A stretch of DNA of 62,883 nt, filler included, from Lenisia limosa (Eukaryota; Protista; Breviatea): the NCBI GenBank assembly GCA_001655205.1. It is 14 parts of 14 records of this genome, joined end to end, with 100 filler letters (N's around TTAATTAATTAA, not from the genome) between each part and the next. Parts side by side here need not be neighbours in the genome. Positions count along the whole stretch, not along the records: positions 26,168 to 29,650 come from LPNZ01003071.1; positions 29,751 to 32,710 come from LPNZ01009630.1; positions 32,811 to 35,757 come from LPNZ01004075.1; positions 35,858 to 45,776 come from LPNZ01011594.1; 10 more parts are not named here. One strand, 5' to 3'. Positions within the stretch are counted from its first letter, which is position 1. Every line of letters begins with the position of its first letter. Under the pieces are notes generated by a model. That model worked only from the letters and a program-made list of their open reading frames with translations. It was not told the DNA's origin and did not search any database. Of this stretch, positions 26,168 to 38,215 are shown in pieces. The position numbers were made by a program, and so were the translations under genes.

Positions 26168-29100
26168 CGGACGAATTGCATCCGCCGCAGCAAGCCTTGG
26201 AAAGCTGCCTGACTTCACTGACATTGCGAGTCTTCTACGTCTTCCAGCTGCCTCACCAGATATGCCAAGTTATGAAGGGTACTGGGATATTCCAGGTGGA
26301 GATATTCTTGGTGATTTAAGTAGTGCAATTCCAGACATTCCCAGTCTATCGGAGATGTCAGCTTCTCTATTAGAGGGTGCTCCGTCGTAAGTTGCCTTAA
26401 TTTTTGTTACATTTTAGTCTCGGTATTGAAATTCCAACAAATGATATTGAAGCTCCTGATTTCTTGGATATTGTCCAGGATGATCCTTTCAAAATGTAAA
26501 GAAGCATTTAAATTGGTCTTATATTTAATTCAGGGTGAACAGTATTAAGGTGCCGTTGAATCTAAGGGCTGGAATTTCTTACGGAAGTGTGAGTCTCTTT
26601 TTTGTTAATGACAACAAAGGTTGAATTCTCGTCGTCGTCATCAGTTCCATTCATTCGAATTCCAAGTGTAAACTGAATATATAATTGTATTATTTTTTTA
26701 GGACACTCCACCAGCGGCTGTGTTTCATCTGTTGCATAGAATATGGAACGTAAATGAACCTCAAGTTTGTAAATACAAAAACATCATTCCCTTTAGTTGT
26801 TAATCTCTCTCATTGGCCCGATGGTTGACTTATTTGATGTGATGGATAGTGAAACACTTGTGAGTTTAGTTTCTTTGCTTTCATTACCTCTTATTAGACT
26901 CGCCTTCAAACAATCTTTTCTTTGAGCATGGTCAAATCTGCTTCCGATATGGGTTCTGCGTTTATGACATCGTGGGTGGTGAGTATCAGCACTAACTGTA
27001 GTTTAAATATTCAATACTGGGTGGGTTGATATGATTATTGTACCTAAATATTATTGGGTTGCCAAGTATTATGAACAATATCTCTTATTAGTGTGATGGT
27101 TAGGATGGCTTTGTACTGATACTCATTTTCCATATGCCATTTCAACATTAATAACGTGCTTTTTCTCAAACTTCTTTCCCATCACGACCTAGGGGTCTTG
27201 AAGCAGGACCAGCTCTAATGGCAGGTGACTCACTTCATGATAGAGTTGAGTCAATCACGTCAATCGGGTAAGAAAATGATAAGATTTGTTGTTCCTAATT
27301 ATTAGTGTTGTGCCTTCTTCACGACTTGCTGGAATTGAGAAATTTAGAGGAAAAAACAGCAAGGTATGTTTTCTCTTTGATTTTATCAACTTATCTTTTT
27401 AGGTTGACTACCGCTTAATAAACCCATCAGGAGATCAGTATTTTATTTTATTTAACATAAGACTGAGACTTGAATCCAGGCACAGTCACTTCATTATTGT
27501 GGATTCTCCTGGGTCTTCAGATTTAACTCTCAAATTCAGGCAGTCCTTGGAACATGTAATTCACTTTTTGCTCATCTTTTTAGTTCTACTCGTCTTTTAT
27601 TCCATTTGTTGTAGTAGTTATTGCTGCTGATTATTTCTCTGTAAAATATTTGAAAGGCCACGTTCAAAACTGTTAGGAACTCCTCTTTGTTTATTGTTCA
27701 AGGTCATCCTGTATTGGTATTCAAAGGAATCGACTCACTTGCCGATAATATTTGTACAAGATATTGCGACAATGTTTGTGAATTTACTAGATTTATTCAT
27801 TTTAGACTGCCTTCCTTGAGAAAAAACGGAAGGCAACAGTCAAAAAGGCTCTCAACAAAGGAGAAACATTTGTGATTGAGCCGAAACCCGAAGAAGGTAT
27901 GTGTAATGCCGTTATTGTTATTTTTAGAAAAACCAATCAAGTGGGCTGAGCATCGTGGTGCAAAATCATTAAATTCCCAAAAGGATAGCAGCATGAAGAT
28001 TGTTGAAATCACTGATGATGAGTAAGTTTGTCTTTTTCGTTCACCTTGCAGAATGGAAGTTATCGAAAGTACAATCTTTACCAACCCTGTGTGCTCTTCT
28101 CCCGACTCTCAAGATGATGAACCACTCTTCGGAAGCGACAGTGAAAGTGATTGTGAAACAGAGGAGGAGCGGCACCAAAGAATTTCAATGGAAGTTGGTT
28201 CTTTGTTTTCCTTTGATGAACATCAAGGTTGATCTTATGGAAATCACTTCTTCGGGCAATCTCTATATTTTCAGCATATCAGAAGCCGAGGGAGTTTATG
28301 ACATTGAAAACTCAGTAAGTGGGGAACGCTCAGCATATTTTCGCGCTTGTACGATCAATTTAAGATGGTACTTTTCTCAAATTTGCTTTTCAGGAATATT
28401 CAATAATTCTAATTCAATTTTCATTTAGTAATTACATGTCTCCTAAAAAGGTTTTGATGGTGTAGGCGGAAGAGCTGACACAGTATGTCCGGTCATTGCT
28501 CAGTGCGACAATGCTGAGAAAAACAGGGCAGGTCGAGAACGACGATGATGAACTTCTGATGCAAGTTGGCTGTCATATTTTCTCATCACTTGTTAGATCT
28601 GGCTGATGTTCGCGGTTTATGTCTTCAATGCTAAAAGTCACAAAAAAGCGGGTCAAAGATTAATGGTCATAATGCTCATACTCAGTTGGTTTGGATGTTT
28701 TGATTTTATATCTTTTGATTTTGATCAGTTCTTTTGAAATTATTCTCGCAATTTCATACAATTAGTATAGTTTTGAATTAATCCATCTCCAGCTGCTGTT
28801 GCAACTTTGGTCTCAGTTCTTCATGCAACTGCTCAACAGGAAGAATACTCCTCAAGTATCACGTTTTGGACCCGTGTCGCTATTGTCAGTAGGCTCACCC
28901 TTTGTATTATCATGGTTTAGTCTTGCCTCTTCTGCTTGGCGTATTCTCAGCTGCATCCAGTAAATTCAATCATTCTGGAAAGGTTTTTTAGCTCTCTAAT
29001 CTAGTGGCTCTTTTTGAGGGCAGCAGGAGAAGCCATTTTGAGTGAAATTTATCGATATCGTTGCTGCGAGGGAAGATATGCGGTTGCTGGAGCTGAAAGG

Positions 29101-29455
29101 TGAGCAATGCCAGATTAGTCATATTTTTTGTCTAATAAAAGTCTTTATATCATCAATTTGTGAAAAAGGAAATAATGGGATATTCATTGATATCTTACAA
29201 ACTTGGAAGGAGCCTTCATTTCTCACTTCTGCAGTCAAACTCGTTTGACCCAACGCATTGCCGGAATCCGAAAATCGCTCCTTGCCTCCAACGTCACCAC
29301 CTCGGCTTTGAAGCAGGTCTGCAACACTGGAAGGATATTGGCTGTTTTTGTTAATATGGATCCTTTTATCTCCAATAATGTTTATCTTCATTCAGCCCTC
29401 ACCTGGAGGCGTGAGGAAGATATTCTCATCAAGACTGGGCCCTCAAGAATTTGAG
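26168..29455 (+). CDS. TRPM-type SLOG (LSDAT) domain fused to a SLATT/DUF4231-like two-TM domain; more than 20 exons, partial at both ends
   Basis: SLOG: GSVEFSSSSSVPFIRIPSDTPPAAVFHLLHRIWNVNEPQLLISLIGP...RLQTIFSLSMVKSASDMGSAFMTSG...SIGVVP...LESRHSHFIIVDSPG...KFRQSLEH...IPFVVVVI...HPVLVFKGIDSLADNIC, collinear with the TRPM N-terminal SLOG domain. SLATT: IWLMFAVYVFNAKSHKKAGQRLMVIMLILTAVATLVSVL...RVAIVILPLLLGVFSAASSKFNHSGKWLFLRAAGEAILSEIYRYR...GRY. Confidence 0.85.
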
Positions 29456-30029
29456 GTGAGACCTGAAATTTGTCCAAGATCCAAAAGGTGTTGTTTGTGT
29501 AATTGAACGTTGAACCGCAATGCTGAGGATACCATATGAGTATTATTTATAATGATATCATATTATGTATTTTGAAAGCATATCATCAAGTAGGTGACCC
29601 CACATAACCGTACCCAGCCACATAACCGTACCCACTTTTTAAAAATGGTCNNNNNNNNNNNNNNNNNNNNNNNNNNNNNNNNNNNNNNNNNNNNTTAATT
29701 AATTAANNNNNNNNNNNNNNNNNNNNNNNNNNNNNNNNNNNNNNNNNNNNTAAGAGGTATTGGATTAGTATAATTTTAATTCACCCATCATTTGCCTTAC
29801 AACTCCGTGCACGATATCGATATTAAGTTGTCTTTTCGGAAAAAAGTGAAGCTGACCTAATGGTCCCCTCTTACTCAGTTTTAACAGGCTCTGGAGGGGT
29901 AGGAGCAGGCCCCACAATTGCACTGAAAAAATGAGGTCAAGCGACATGCAAACGCACTAACTCTGATCCCAAACAGACAAAAGACTCCTCAATCAATGAT
30001 TTTTTTTGTTTCATAAAAATTCTCCCTCC

Positions 30030-31524
30030 TCAACCTAATAAATCCGACGGGTGTTTCTCGTTCCGGCTGTGGCGGCGATGTNNNNNNNNNNNNNNNNNNN
30101 NNNNNNNNNNNNNNNNNNNNNNNNNNNNNNNNNNNNNNNNNNNNNNNNNNNNNNNNNNNNNNNNNNNNNNNNNNNNNNNNNNNNNNNNNNNNNNNNNNNN
30201 NNNNNNNNNNNNNNNNNNNNNNNNNNNNNNNNNNNNNNNNNNNNNNNNNNNAAACGAAGGAAATTTCGATGAAGAATATTGGTGTACGTTATTGATAAAA
30301 ATGTTAATATCATTAAACAGAAAAAAAAAAACAAACAACTGAGCCGTGTGGATACAAAACATTATTTGAAGAAGGTATTTGGACCAGGTACACATAATAT
30401 AGTAGAATGTACATTTAGACAATATATAAAGCTCATATACTACATATATATCGATATATAAATGTGATATGTGTATATGAGATGAGAAAATAGAACAAGG
30501 TTGCATCCAGCTGAAGCCGTCCACACCATCACGCTAAGAGATTGGATTGAAGTAAAATATTAATTCACTGCCTTACAGCTCTGCGTACATAGCTTTCTGC
30601 GTCTATATAGTATACCTATATGAACTAAAAAAAAGCACATAGCGAGAAACACAGTCTTCAGCCCTAAGAACAAAAAGAGAATGTAATTTAGTAAGACTAT
30701 TGATATTAGCAAAATTATTGATGTGTGTTGAGATTTTACCAAATTCAATCTTTTACTGATGACCAACACTGCTATTTCCAAAATAAGACCCACTTTCTCG
30801 ATAAATCTCAAGAATTCACAGGTCTTTTCGGGAGCTACTCATGACAAACCCACATATCTTTTCACCGTTAAAAATTCCTGTAACAGCAGTCCTGAGACCC
30901 ATGTTACCAAAGCCCTCCAAACTAATCCTTCCCCTACACCACTGCCCAAAATCCCCCTGCATTAAAGAATGTTATAAATGGGGAGAGGGATAGTAGCTTG
31001 AAGAACCAAATAAATCAATATAGCCACAGAAACAAACAGTCCGATATGCACGTGTTCACGGCATTCCATTCCTCATGTGCACCCCCATCTAACCTAGCAA
31101 TGGACGGAGGCGCACCAACAACCGTCGGAGTTTGCTGGGCCATCATCGGCATTGGCATCATAAAAGGGTTGATTGGTGCTATCATCGGGTTGTAAGCTGG
31201 GATCATTTGAGGGACATACGAGAGGCCGATCGGGGAAGGCCAAGGGTCGAGCGGGCTGAGGGCAGGTGGGGAAATTATGGAAGGAAACGACATTGGGTTG
31301 TGAATTGGAGGATTGAGAGGAGTGATAGGAGGCATGGCGACTGGGTAAGGGTTCGGATTTAGAAAGCTGTTCGCTACTGACTGCATTTGCGGTTGAAAGA
31401 CTAAAGAGATTATTTTATTATTGTTAAGCATGTAGTTTCGGAAGAGCAAAGACACATAGCTGCACAGAGTGCCACCTGATCATGACCCGGGCGAACCTTG
31501 CTGTCCAGGCGTGTGAGCTGCCAT
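30030..31524 (-). CDS. Hypothetical protein with a Pro/Met-rich N-terminus (3'-partial)
   Basis: ATG at 31524. MAAHTPGQQ|VFQPQMQSVANSFLNPNPYPVAMPPITP...WNAVNT|LEGFGNMGLRTAVTGIFN splices in phase. Confidence 0.45.
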
Positions 31525-31875
31525 TATATATAAATTTTGGTAAGAAGATAGAGTATTTCAGTGGCCTCTTAGCAAGCTAACTTGCAATCTTTATATTGAT
31601 TCACCTAACTCCTATCTAACCGTCTGAATAAAGTGTTTAAAAGTCAAAGAAGTTATTACTACGCTAGAAAGAGGATTTCACTTCTACATTTCTTTATTTT
31701 TTATTGCTTTTATAGTATATAACAGGCAGTATTTATATGTGCATCCTTTTGGATTTTTCTTTCGGGTTTTTTGGGGTGTTTCCTAAAGATATCAGTTGCT
31801 TTTGGTATATATTGTCTTAACTTGTAATCTTTTTGTTATTTAGTACAGTTGTTGTTTTTTTAGTTTAGCTTTAAG

Positions 31876-32248
31876 ATGCCTCCTAGGGATTCCCTTGTCA
31901 AATATGACCACCCTATTCAAGTTTCAGGAGTATCAGACAAAAAAAGCAAAAGTTTGTGATGTTTTTCATTTCCCTTCTTCCCTTTGCCCCTCCGTCTTTA
32001 CTCTCTCAAGCAAAAGGCAAGGATTCATCAAAGCCACAACAAATCAGCCAAACAGAGGCGATCTTAAACTCTGTTCTCCCTCCACGGTACTGGACGCCCA
32101 CCTTTTACTCTTTTGTTTCCTTGTTTTAAACGACCCATTTTTCTCTATCACATACTGATTTTCAAGTAAATGGACCGAAGATGGCCTTTCTTGGGAAGAG
32201 CGAGTTTCCCCCACGCCGGCAACTCGTCTTGAAGTGATCAACCTTCAG
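31876..32248 (+). CDS. DNALI1: Axonemal inner-arm dynein light intermediate chain p28 (DNALI1/IDA4), first three exons
   Basis: Exons 31876-31951, 32011-32086 and 32167-32248 give MPPRDSLVKYDHPIQVS...SQTEAILNSVLPPRKWTEDGLSWEERVSPTPATRLEVINLQ, the diagnostic p28 motifs. Confidence 0.9.
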
Positions 32249-32995
32249 GTAGGAAGATGGGCAAATGGGGGACTCCTCAAAGGTCGAGTGTGGAGATGGT
32301 TGTGAATCCTTGCTTTCCAGAGAGGGCACTTTTCTCTTTCATGAGAACTGATTAATAAGGGCTGAATACCAAATTCTGCTTTTCGCGGATATTGATATCA
32401 AAGGCACCAGCGCATCATACAGAAGAAACGGCATATCGTTACTTTTTTTTATTATTATTATTGAACTAATTCCTTTTATACAGTTAGGGTTTTGGATATT
32501 TTTTTGGTTTCTTAAGTCCCCCCCCCCCCTTCCTCTTTGATTTTGTTTTTGTTTTTGTTTTGCAGGGTTTTTATTTTTGTTTCATCTGCAGTGATGAGAT
32601 GCAGCACTGCAAAAGCAACTGACTTTTATTGTTTTGTTGTTTCCAACCCTTTTATCTTCCCCAATGTTAACCAATAGTTGATTCTGGCTATTTTTCCATT
32701 CCCACCCCCCNNNNNNNNNNNNNNNNNNNNNNNNNNNNNNNNNNNNNNNNNNNNTTAATTAATTAANNNNNNNNNNNNNNNNNNNNNNNNNNNNNNNNNN
32801 NNNNNNNNNNTTGTATAAAAGGGTGGTGCTATTGGAACTTCACACCAGCAATATATCGATGGTTTTTAGGTGTAAAATGTTGTCTTGGGGGAGAAGGGAG
32901 GAATTTGTGGTATCATGGCTATTTGGGGGAGGAAGGGAGGGCATAATATATAGGCTATATATGGGGCATTTAATGTCTTTTTTTGTTTCATCATC

Positions 32996-35739
32996 ATGTC
33001 AGGTTGTACTGAGGACCCACCCCGTGACCCTGACCACCCCAATTATCGAGTCGCTATCTGGGGCTACAAACGTGTTTTTCATGACCTCTGGTGGGGGCTT
33101 GTTATCTTTTAGTGTCTTGTATTTATAGTAAATTACATTATTTTGCATTAATAGTTTCAAATAACTGTATATACATGTAGTATTAAAACTATTTTGTAAA
33201 CAAGGCATATCATATGATATTATATTAAATGTAATATTACTTTTACATAATTAATATGATATAAATTGAATCTATAGTATTAAGCTGTATTTTGTCCAAA
33301 TATCGAGTCAATCTGGGGTAGGGTTTCACTTCGTTTCGAAAAATACAGGTAAAAATATCGATTGTTTTCGAGGATTCTCCGAAATTCAATCTTTTTTCGA
33401 ACCGAAGTGAAGCCCTAATCTGGGCCTCGAGCGTTCTTCTTGATCTGGTGGGAGCTAACATAGTAATTATCTCCAGTGAGTTTTTAAAGACCTCTGGTGG
33501 TGGTTTTTGTCTTATATTCTCTTGTATTTATACTAACAAGTCACATATGCTGGGGAAGCACAAAGATAGCTGTGTAAGGCAAATGATTGGGTGAATTAAA
33601 ATGCGGGGGGAGGCATGTCGAAAGATGTGTGCACAGAGTTGTAAGACAAATGACTTGGCATTTTTTTTTGTTTCATAAATTTTCTAATCGCCTCTCCCCC
33701 TTCAGCTGGCCGCATCTTAGCTGGAGGGTATGCAAGCTTGAACCATGCCCGAGATGGGCTGTTACAGGTACTGAGATGAATAGAATTACACTTATTCATA
33801 TGTAATTATTAGGGCTTCCCTGCGGTCCCAAAAAAGACCGAAATCTTCGATAAATATCGATATGTCTATTTCGGACCGTAGGGCTAGTAATTATATACTT
33901 TATCATAGCATATGTTAAAACCATGATGAGTTGGTTGCTAAGGTATATAATATAGGGCANNNNNNNNNNNNNNNNNNNNNNNNNNNNNNNNNNNNNNNNN
34001 NNNNNNNNNNNNNNNNNNNNNNNNNNNNNNNNNNNNNNNNNNNNNNCTGTAACTAACCAGGCATTTTACGGAATTTCATTTTTCAAACAAAAGCAAGGAT
34101 TATTCTATCATGAACTTCATTTTTTTTTATGTCTATCGATATATCTAGATATACTTTTTTTGGGTTCAGCCATACCCCCCCATACCCCATCATATGCATA
34201 TATATTACCTACTATCATATACAATGCCAGATATGACATACCCCTATTCAAATGAAATGTATTTACACATGATATGATATATAAATTTTTCCATGAGACA
34301 AATATGTGCTTTTACTTCAAATATGCTACCATTGGTTTAAAAACAAAATTTATTACGACTGGCGGATCATATCCGCCTCATTAATTTCTTTGATCTGACC
34401 ATCAATAATCTTAAGAGGTACATCAATTATACTTTGAACTTCTTCGAGAGTCATTTTTCCTCTATCAAAAATATGGTAATTTTTGTCTCTTTTTAAAAAA
34501 TAAGGGCAAAATAGATAAATGTGTGTATATACTAGATACATTTTGCTCCCAGACATAGGGACACCCCCCCCCCCCAATGATACATTATATATACATTTGA
34601 ATTATGGCCTGACATACTANNNNNNNNNNNNNNNNNNNNNNNNNNNNNNNNNNNNNNNNNNNNNNNNNNNNNNNNNNNNNNNNNNNNNNNNNNNNNNNNN
34701 NNATACACCCAAATAGCGCAGAGTATATAATATACATGTAGTATGACGTTGACCCTAACACGAGTCGAAATAATATTTCTTGAGAAAAACTATACTATAT
34801 TAGAAATCTAGGGAGGAAAATAAATACATTGGGATACCATAAACAAATTACCATGCCCCTGCTAATTTCTCCCAAAAAAACAAGTTTTTTCGAAATTTAA
34901 TTTCTCTAACAGGGATGGTACGATGCCGCTCACTTTGGTGGCGAAGTAGTGACTCGGATTGAGGGACACTACTACAACATGATGGCTGTAACTGGTGAGG
35001 GGGGAGTAAAATTGGACAATTTATGAAATAAAAAAAAAAGNNNNNNNNNNNNNNNNNNNNNNNNNNNNNNNNNNNNNNNNNNNNNNNNNNNNNNNNNNNN
35101 NNNNNNNNNNNNNNCGTTTCAATATATTCTTGTCTCTTGTTATTGCGAGCCGAAGCAAACAGACAGCGTACCTATTACTGACCCGAAACAGCAGAAGGAA
35201 ATCTCTTGTTGTTATAAACAACAGAAAGAAAGGAAATCTCTACTTATCCTCTTCCCCAAAAAAACAGAATGTATAAATCTCTTTTTATTACTAACCCAAC
35301 CAACAGAAGGAGGAAATGTCTACGCAAGAGGAGATAACGTATATGGTCAGCTCTGCGCTCCCGCTACTGGATACGAGGATCTATTCAAGGTGGGGAGGGG
35401 ATTTTGTGTGTGTGTGTGTGTGTGTGTGTTGTGTGTGTGTATGTAAGTAATATATATCTAGATATATATGTGTGTGTTGTGTGGAGGGATAATGGGGGTA
35501 CAAAGTTTACTATTTCATATTATCCGAGGTACGGTGGAGTGATGGGATGCGGTTCTGCAGGAGCGACTGGCCTGGGTTGTTATCAACCCTTGTTTGTTGT
35601 CAGCCAACAGAGTTGATTTTGGGCTCTTTTTCTTTCTTCTAGATTTCTACCCTTTTACTCCCCCAGGTATCCTTCCCTGCCATCAATGGTCTGGCTATTT
35701 CTGCAATTTCAGGATCCAGAAACTCGGCTATTGTGACCT
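32996..35739 (+). CDS. RCC1/BLIP-II repeat protein (partial)
   Basis: Exons GRILAGGYASLN, GGEVVTRIEGHYYNMMAVT, EGGNVYARGDNVYGQLC and VSFPAINGLAISAISGSRNSAIVT show the RCC1 repeat pattern (G.VY.WG.N..GQL; I..I..G..H...+T). Confidence 0.65.
33321..33415. mobile_element. MITE family A (~95 bp, TIR GGGCTTCACTTCGGTTCGAAAAA, TA target duplication), best-preserved copy
   Basis: TA|GGGTTTCACTTCGTTTCGAAAAA ... TTTTTTCGAACCGAAGTGAAGCCC|TA. Intronic, no ORF. Confidence 0.85.
33812..33884. mobile_element. MITE family A, shorter subfamily (CCCT.CGGTCC ... GGACCGTAGGG ends)
   Basis: TA|GGGCTTCCCTGCGGTCCCAAAAAAGACCG ... TTTCGGACCGTAGGG. Related partial copies near 6234, 18762 and 51045. Confidence 0.65.
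35535..35666 (+). repeat. Family C copy ending at the 3' splice site
   Basis: TGGAGTGATGGGATGCGGTTCTGCAGGAGCGACTGGCCTGGG...CAGCCAACAGAGTTGATTTTGG...TTTTACTCCCCCAG|exon. Confidence 0.85.
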
Positions 35740-36289
35740 GTGAGCGGTTTTTGTTGANNNNNNNNNNNNNNNNNNNNNNNNNNNNNNNNNNNNNNNNNNN
35801 NTTAATTAATTAANNNNNNNNNNNNNNNNNNNNNNNNNNNNNNNNNNNNNNNNNNNNTATGGATTTAGAACGGCGTTTTGATGTTCCTGCGTTTCAAGTT
35901 TGAAGGTAAATTGAGGGTCTTTTTGAATGTTAACGAGCTGGGATCCACCAAAATTGAACTATTGATGATTTATCGAGAAATTCATTCTTTTTCGGACTTA
36001 AATGTTGCCACCTTATTTGAGATTCAAATAATGCTTCGTCAATGACCACAAGGCATCAAAATATAGCTCTAGATTACAAGTTCTCACGAAAAGATCCTCA
36101 TTTACACGTTGTTTTGTATCTTATTTCCACCATTTTTTTCACTCGTGATGATTATCCAATAAGTCTACTCAGATACACTCGGGTTGAACCCTCGTATTGT
36201 CTATGTTTATCATTTTCGACTCTCATATCGGTCATTTGATCATATCAGCAGTGGATTCAACACATCTTATCCCATCATCTCTCACCCCC

Positions 36290-37551
36290 AGGTATTATTA
36301 TGGTGATCATGTTTGTAATCGCCTTTTGTCTCTACCATGGGTTCCTGCTCTACTATGCCAAACACAAGGGGTACCTAGATCGCCTCTTAAACAAACGCAA
36401 GTACCAGGCTATGTGAGTGGGGGGCGGGGGCGGTATCAGGCTATGGTTGTTTCGGATAGAATTTTGGTTTCTTACGCGTCTTTTTACAGCATTATTTTAA
36501 CNNNNNNNNNNNNNNNNNNNNNNNNNNNNNNNNNNNNNNNNNNNNNNNNNNNNNNNNNNNNNNNNNNNNNNNNNNNNNNNNNNNNNNNNNNNNNNNNNNN
36601 NNNNNNNNNNNNNNNNNNNNNNNNNNNNNNNNNNNNNNNNNGTGTGAAGAAACAATGGCAATAAGGATTCAGCTTTATTAGACCTGGAAGAAACGATGGC
36701 AATAATGATTCAGCTTTATTAGACAAAACGAGTAATATATCGATACAGTTTGGACAAAGTAGATACTGTCTCTGGATATATACATATCTAGATATATATG
36801 GACATTGAATGTACTATCGTATGCTATAATCCCCCCAATAATGTACCTTTTATGACTTATTTTTATACTTCAACATATCATAAATAATGCTTTTTTTTTT
36901 CTTTCTTTTATTATCCAGCTCATCTGACGATCCGCTGACCGAAATGTCAGATAATTCCGATAATGAAGTTCAAGATGACTTCTGGTGGGGAGAAGTCTGG
37001 ATATTCAGGATAGTGTTTTTTTTTTATGTTTTTAGATAAAAATGCTGTTTTGATAACTCATCCTTTCATGTGCAGTCCTAGATAGGCTGTTTTGATAACT
37101 CATCCTTCCATGTGCAGTCCTTACTTTGTGTTATATTTTTAGTGGGGGAGCCTCCATGAATTCCCAGGAAATGGACTCATCTTTCCAGCCTATTTCTCTA
37201 GCGTTTGGGGGGAAGGTTTTAACAGGGTTTACTCTGAGCAGGTTACGTAATCACAATCTGGCTCGGATATTCCGGAGCCTATAATGACCATAACTAATGT
37301 TGTATTAGCAACTGTCCAAAAACTTCATTTTATTCTCAGTAACTTTTAAAGGCTTTACTATTCGTTGATTTCTGGTTTTTGTTATATTCACAAATTGCCC
37401 CGCCCCCGCACGTGACCTGTATAGACGCCCTGTCACCCCGGTACGTAGCACTCCCAGGTTGCTGCCCCCCATCAGAGTGCTGGCCTCACCAAGCACCCCG
37501 GGCTCAGCCACGCCTGTCACGCCCACGCCAATATCATCTGCTTCCGTTTGA
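36290..37551 (+). CDS. C-terminal part of a single-pass membrane protein with an acidic, S/T/P-rich tail
   Basis: GIIMVIMFVIAFCLYHGFLLYYAKHKGYLDRLLNKRKYQAM (TM then basic), SSDDPLTEMSDNSDNEVQDD, and a last exon RPVTPVRSTPR...TPTPISSASV*. Confidence 0.4.
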
Positions 37552-38215
37552 GGGCTGCGATGCCCCATGTTACCATTTGAATTTCTTTGGATTTTAAAAT
37601 TATTGGTCAAATATGAAGGATTTGTTGATACCATACTCTCTTTTATACTGGGATGCGGTGTTGCAGAAGCGGCTGGCCTGAACTTTTTTTTTTTTTTTTT
37701 TTNNNNNNNNNNNNNNNNNNNNNNNNNNNNNNNNNNNNNNNNNNNNNNNNNNNNNNNNNNNNNNNNNNNNNNNNNNNNNNNNNNNNNNNNNNNNNNNNNN
37801 NNNNNNNNNNNNNNNNNNNNNNNNNNNNNNNNNNNNNNNNNNNNNNNNNNNNNNNNNNNNNNNNNNNNNNNNNNNNNNNNNNNNNNNNNNNNNNNNNNNA
37901 CATTTCCGCTTCCCTCAATATGTTCGTGGGGATAATGGTGGATTGGTTCTACGACTACTGTTGGTTTTTTGAAGCATAAAACAACGAGAAATTGTCACAA
38001 CAGACAGACACAATACCTCCTTTTAGAGTGAGCCAAGAGGGTGACAATATGATTGGGCTGCTGTAGTATAAGAGGGTCAGTAGGAACTTCTTAAACCTGA
38101 ATAAGGAAATAATTGAGGATTTATCGGTACATTCAACACTGTAACAATAATAGAACCAGATACGGAAAAAACAAACGCCAAACGCCATCATTTTGACTGC
38201 CCTCTTTACCCTTTA

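Noticed and set aside
35404-35480. (GT)n/(TG)n microsatellite as a special element
   Set aside because: It is an ordinary intronic dinucleotide repeat, with no complementary AC tract at the other end of the intron.
35535-35580. tRNA-derived SINE head or tRNA gene for family C
   Set aside because: No recognisable A/B boxes or cloverleaf. No tRNA or rRNA gene was found anywhere in the window by eye.
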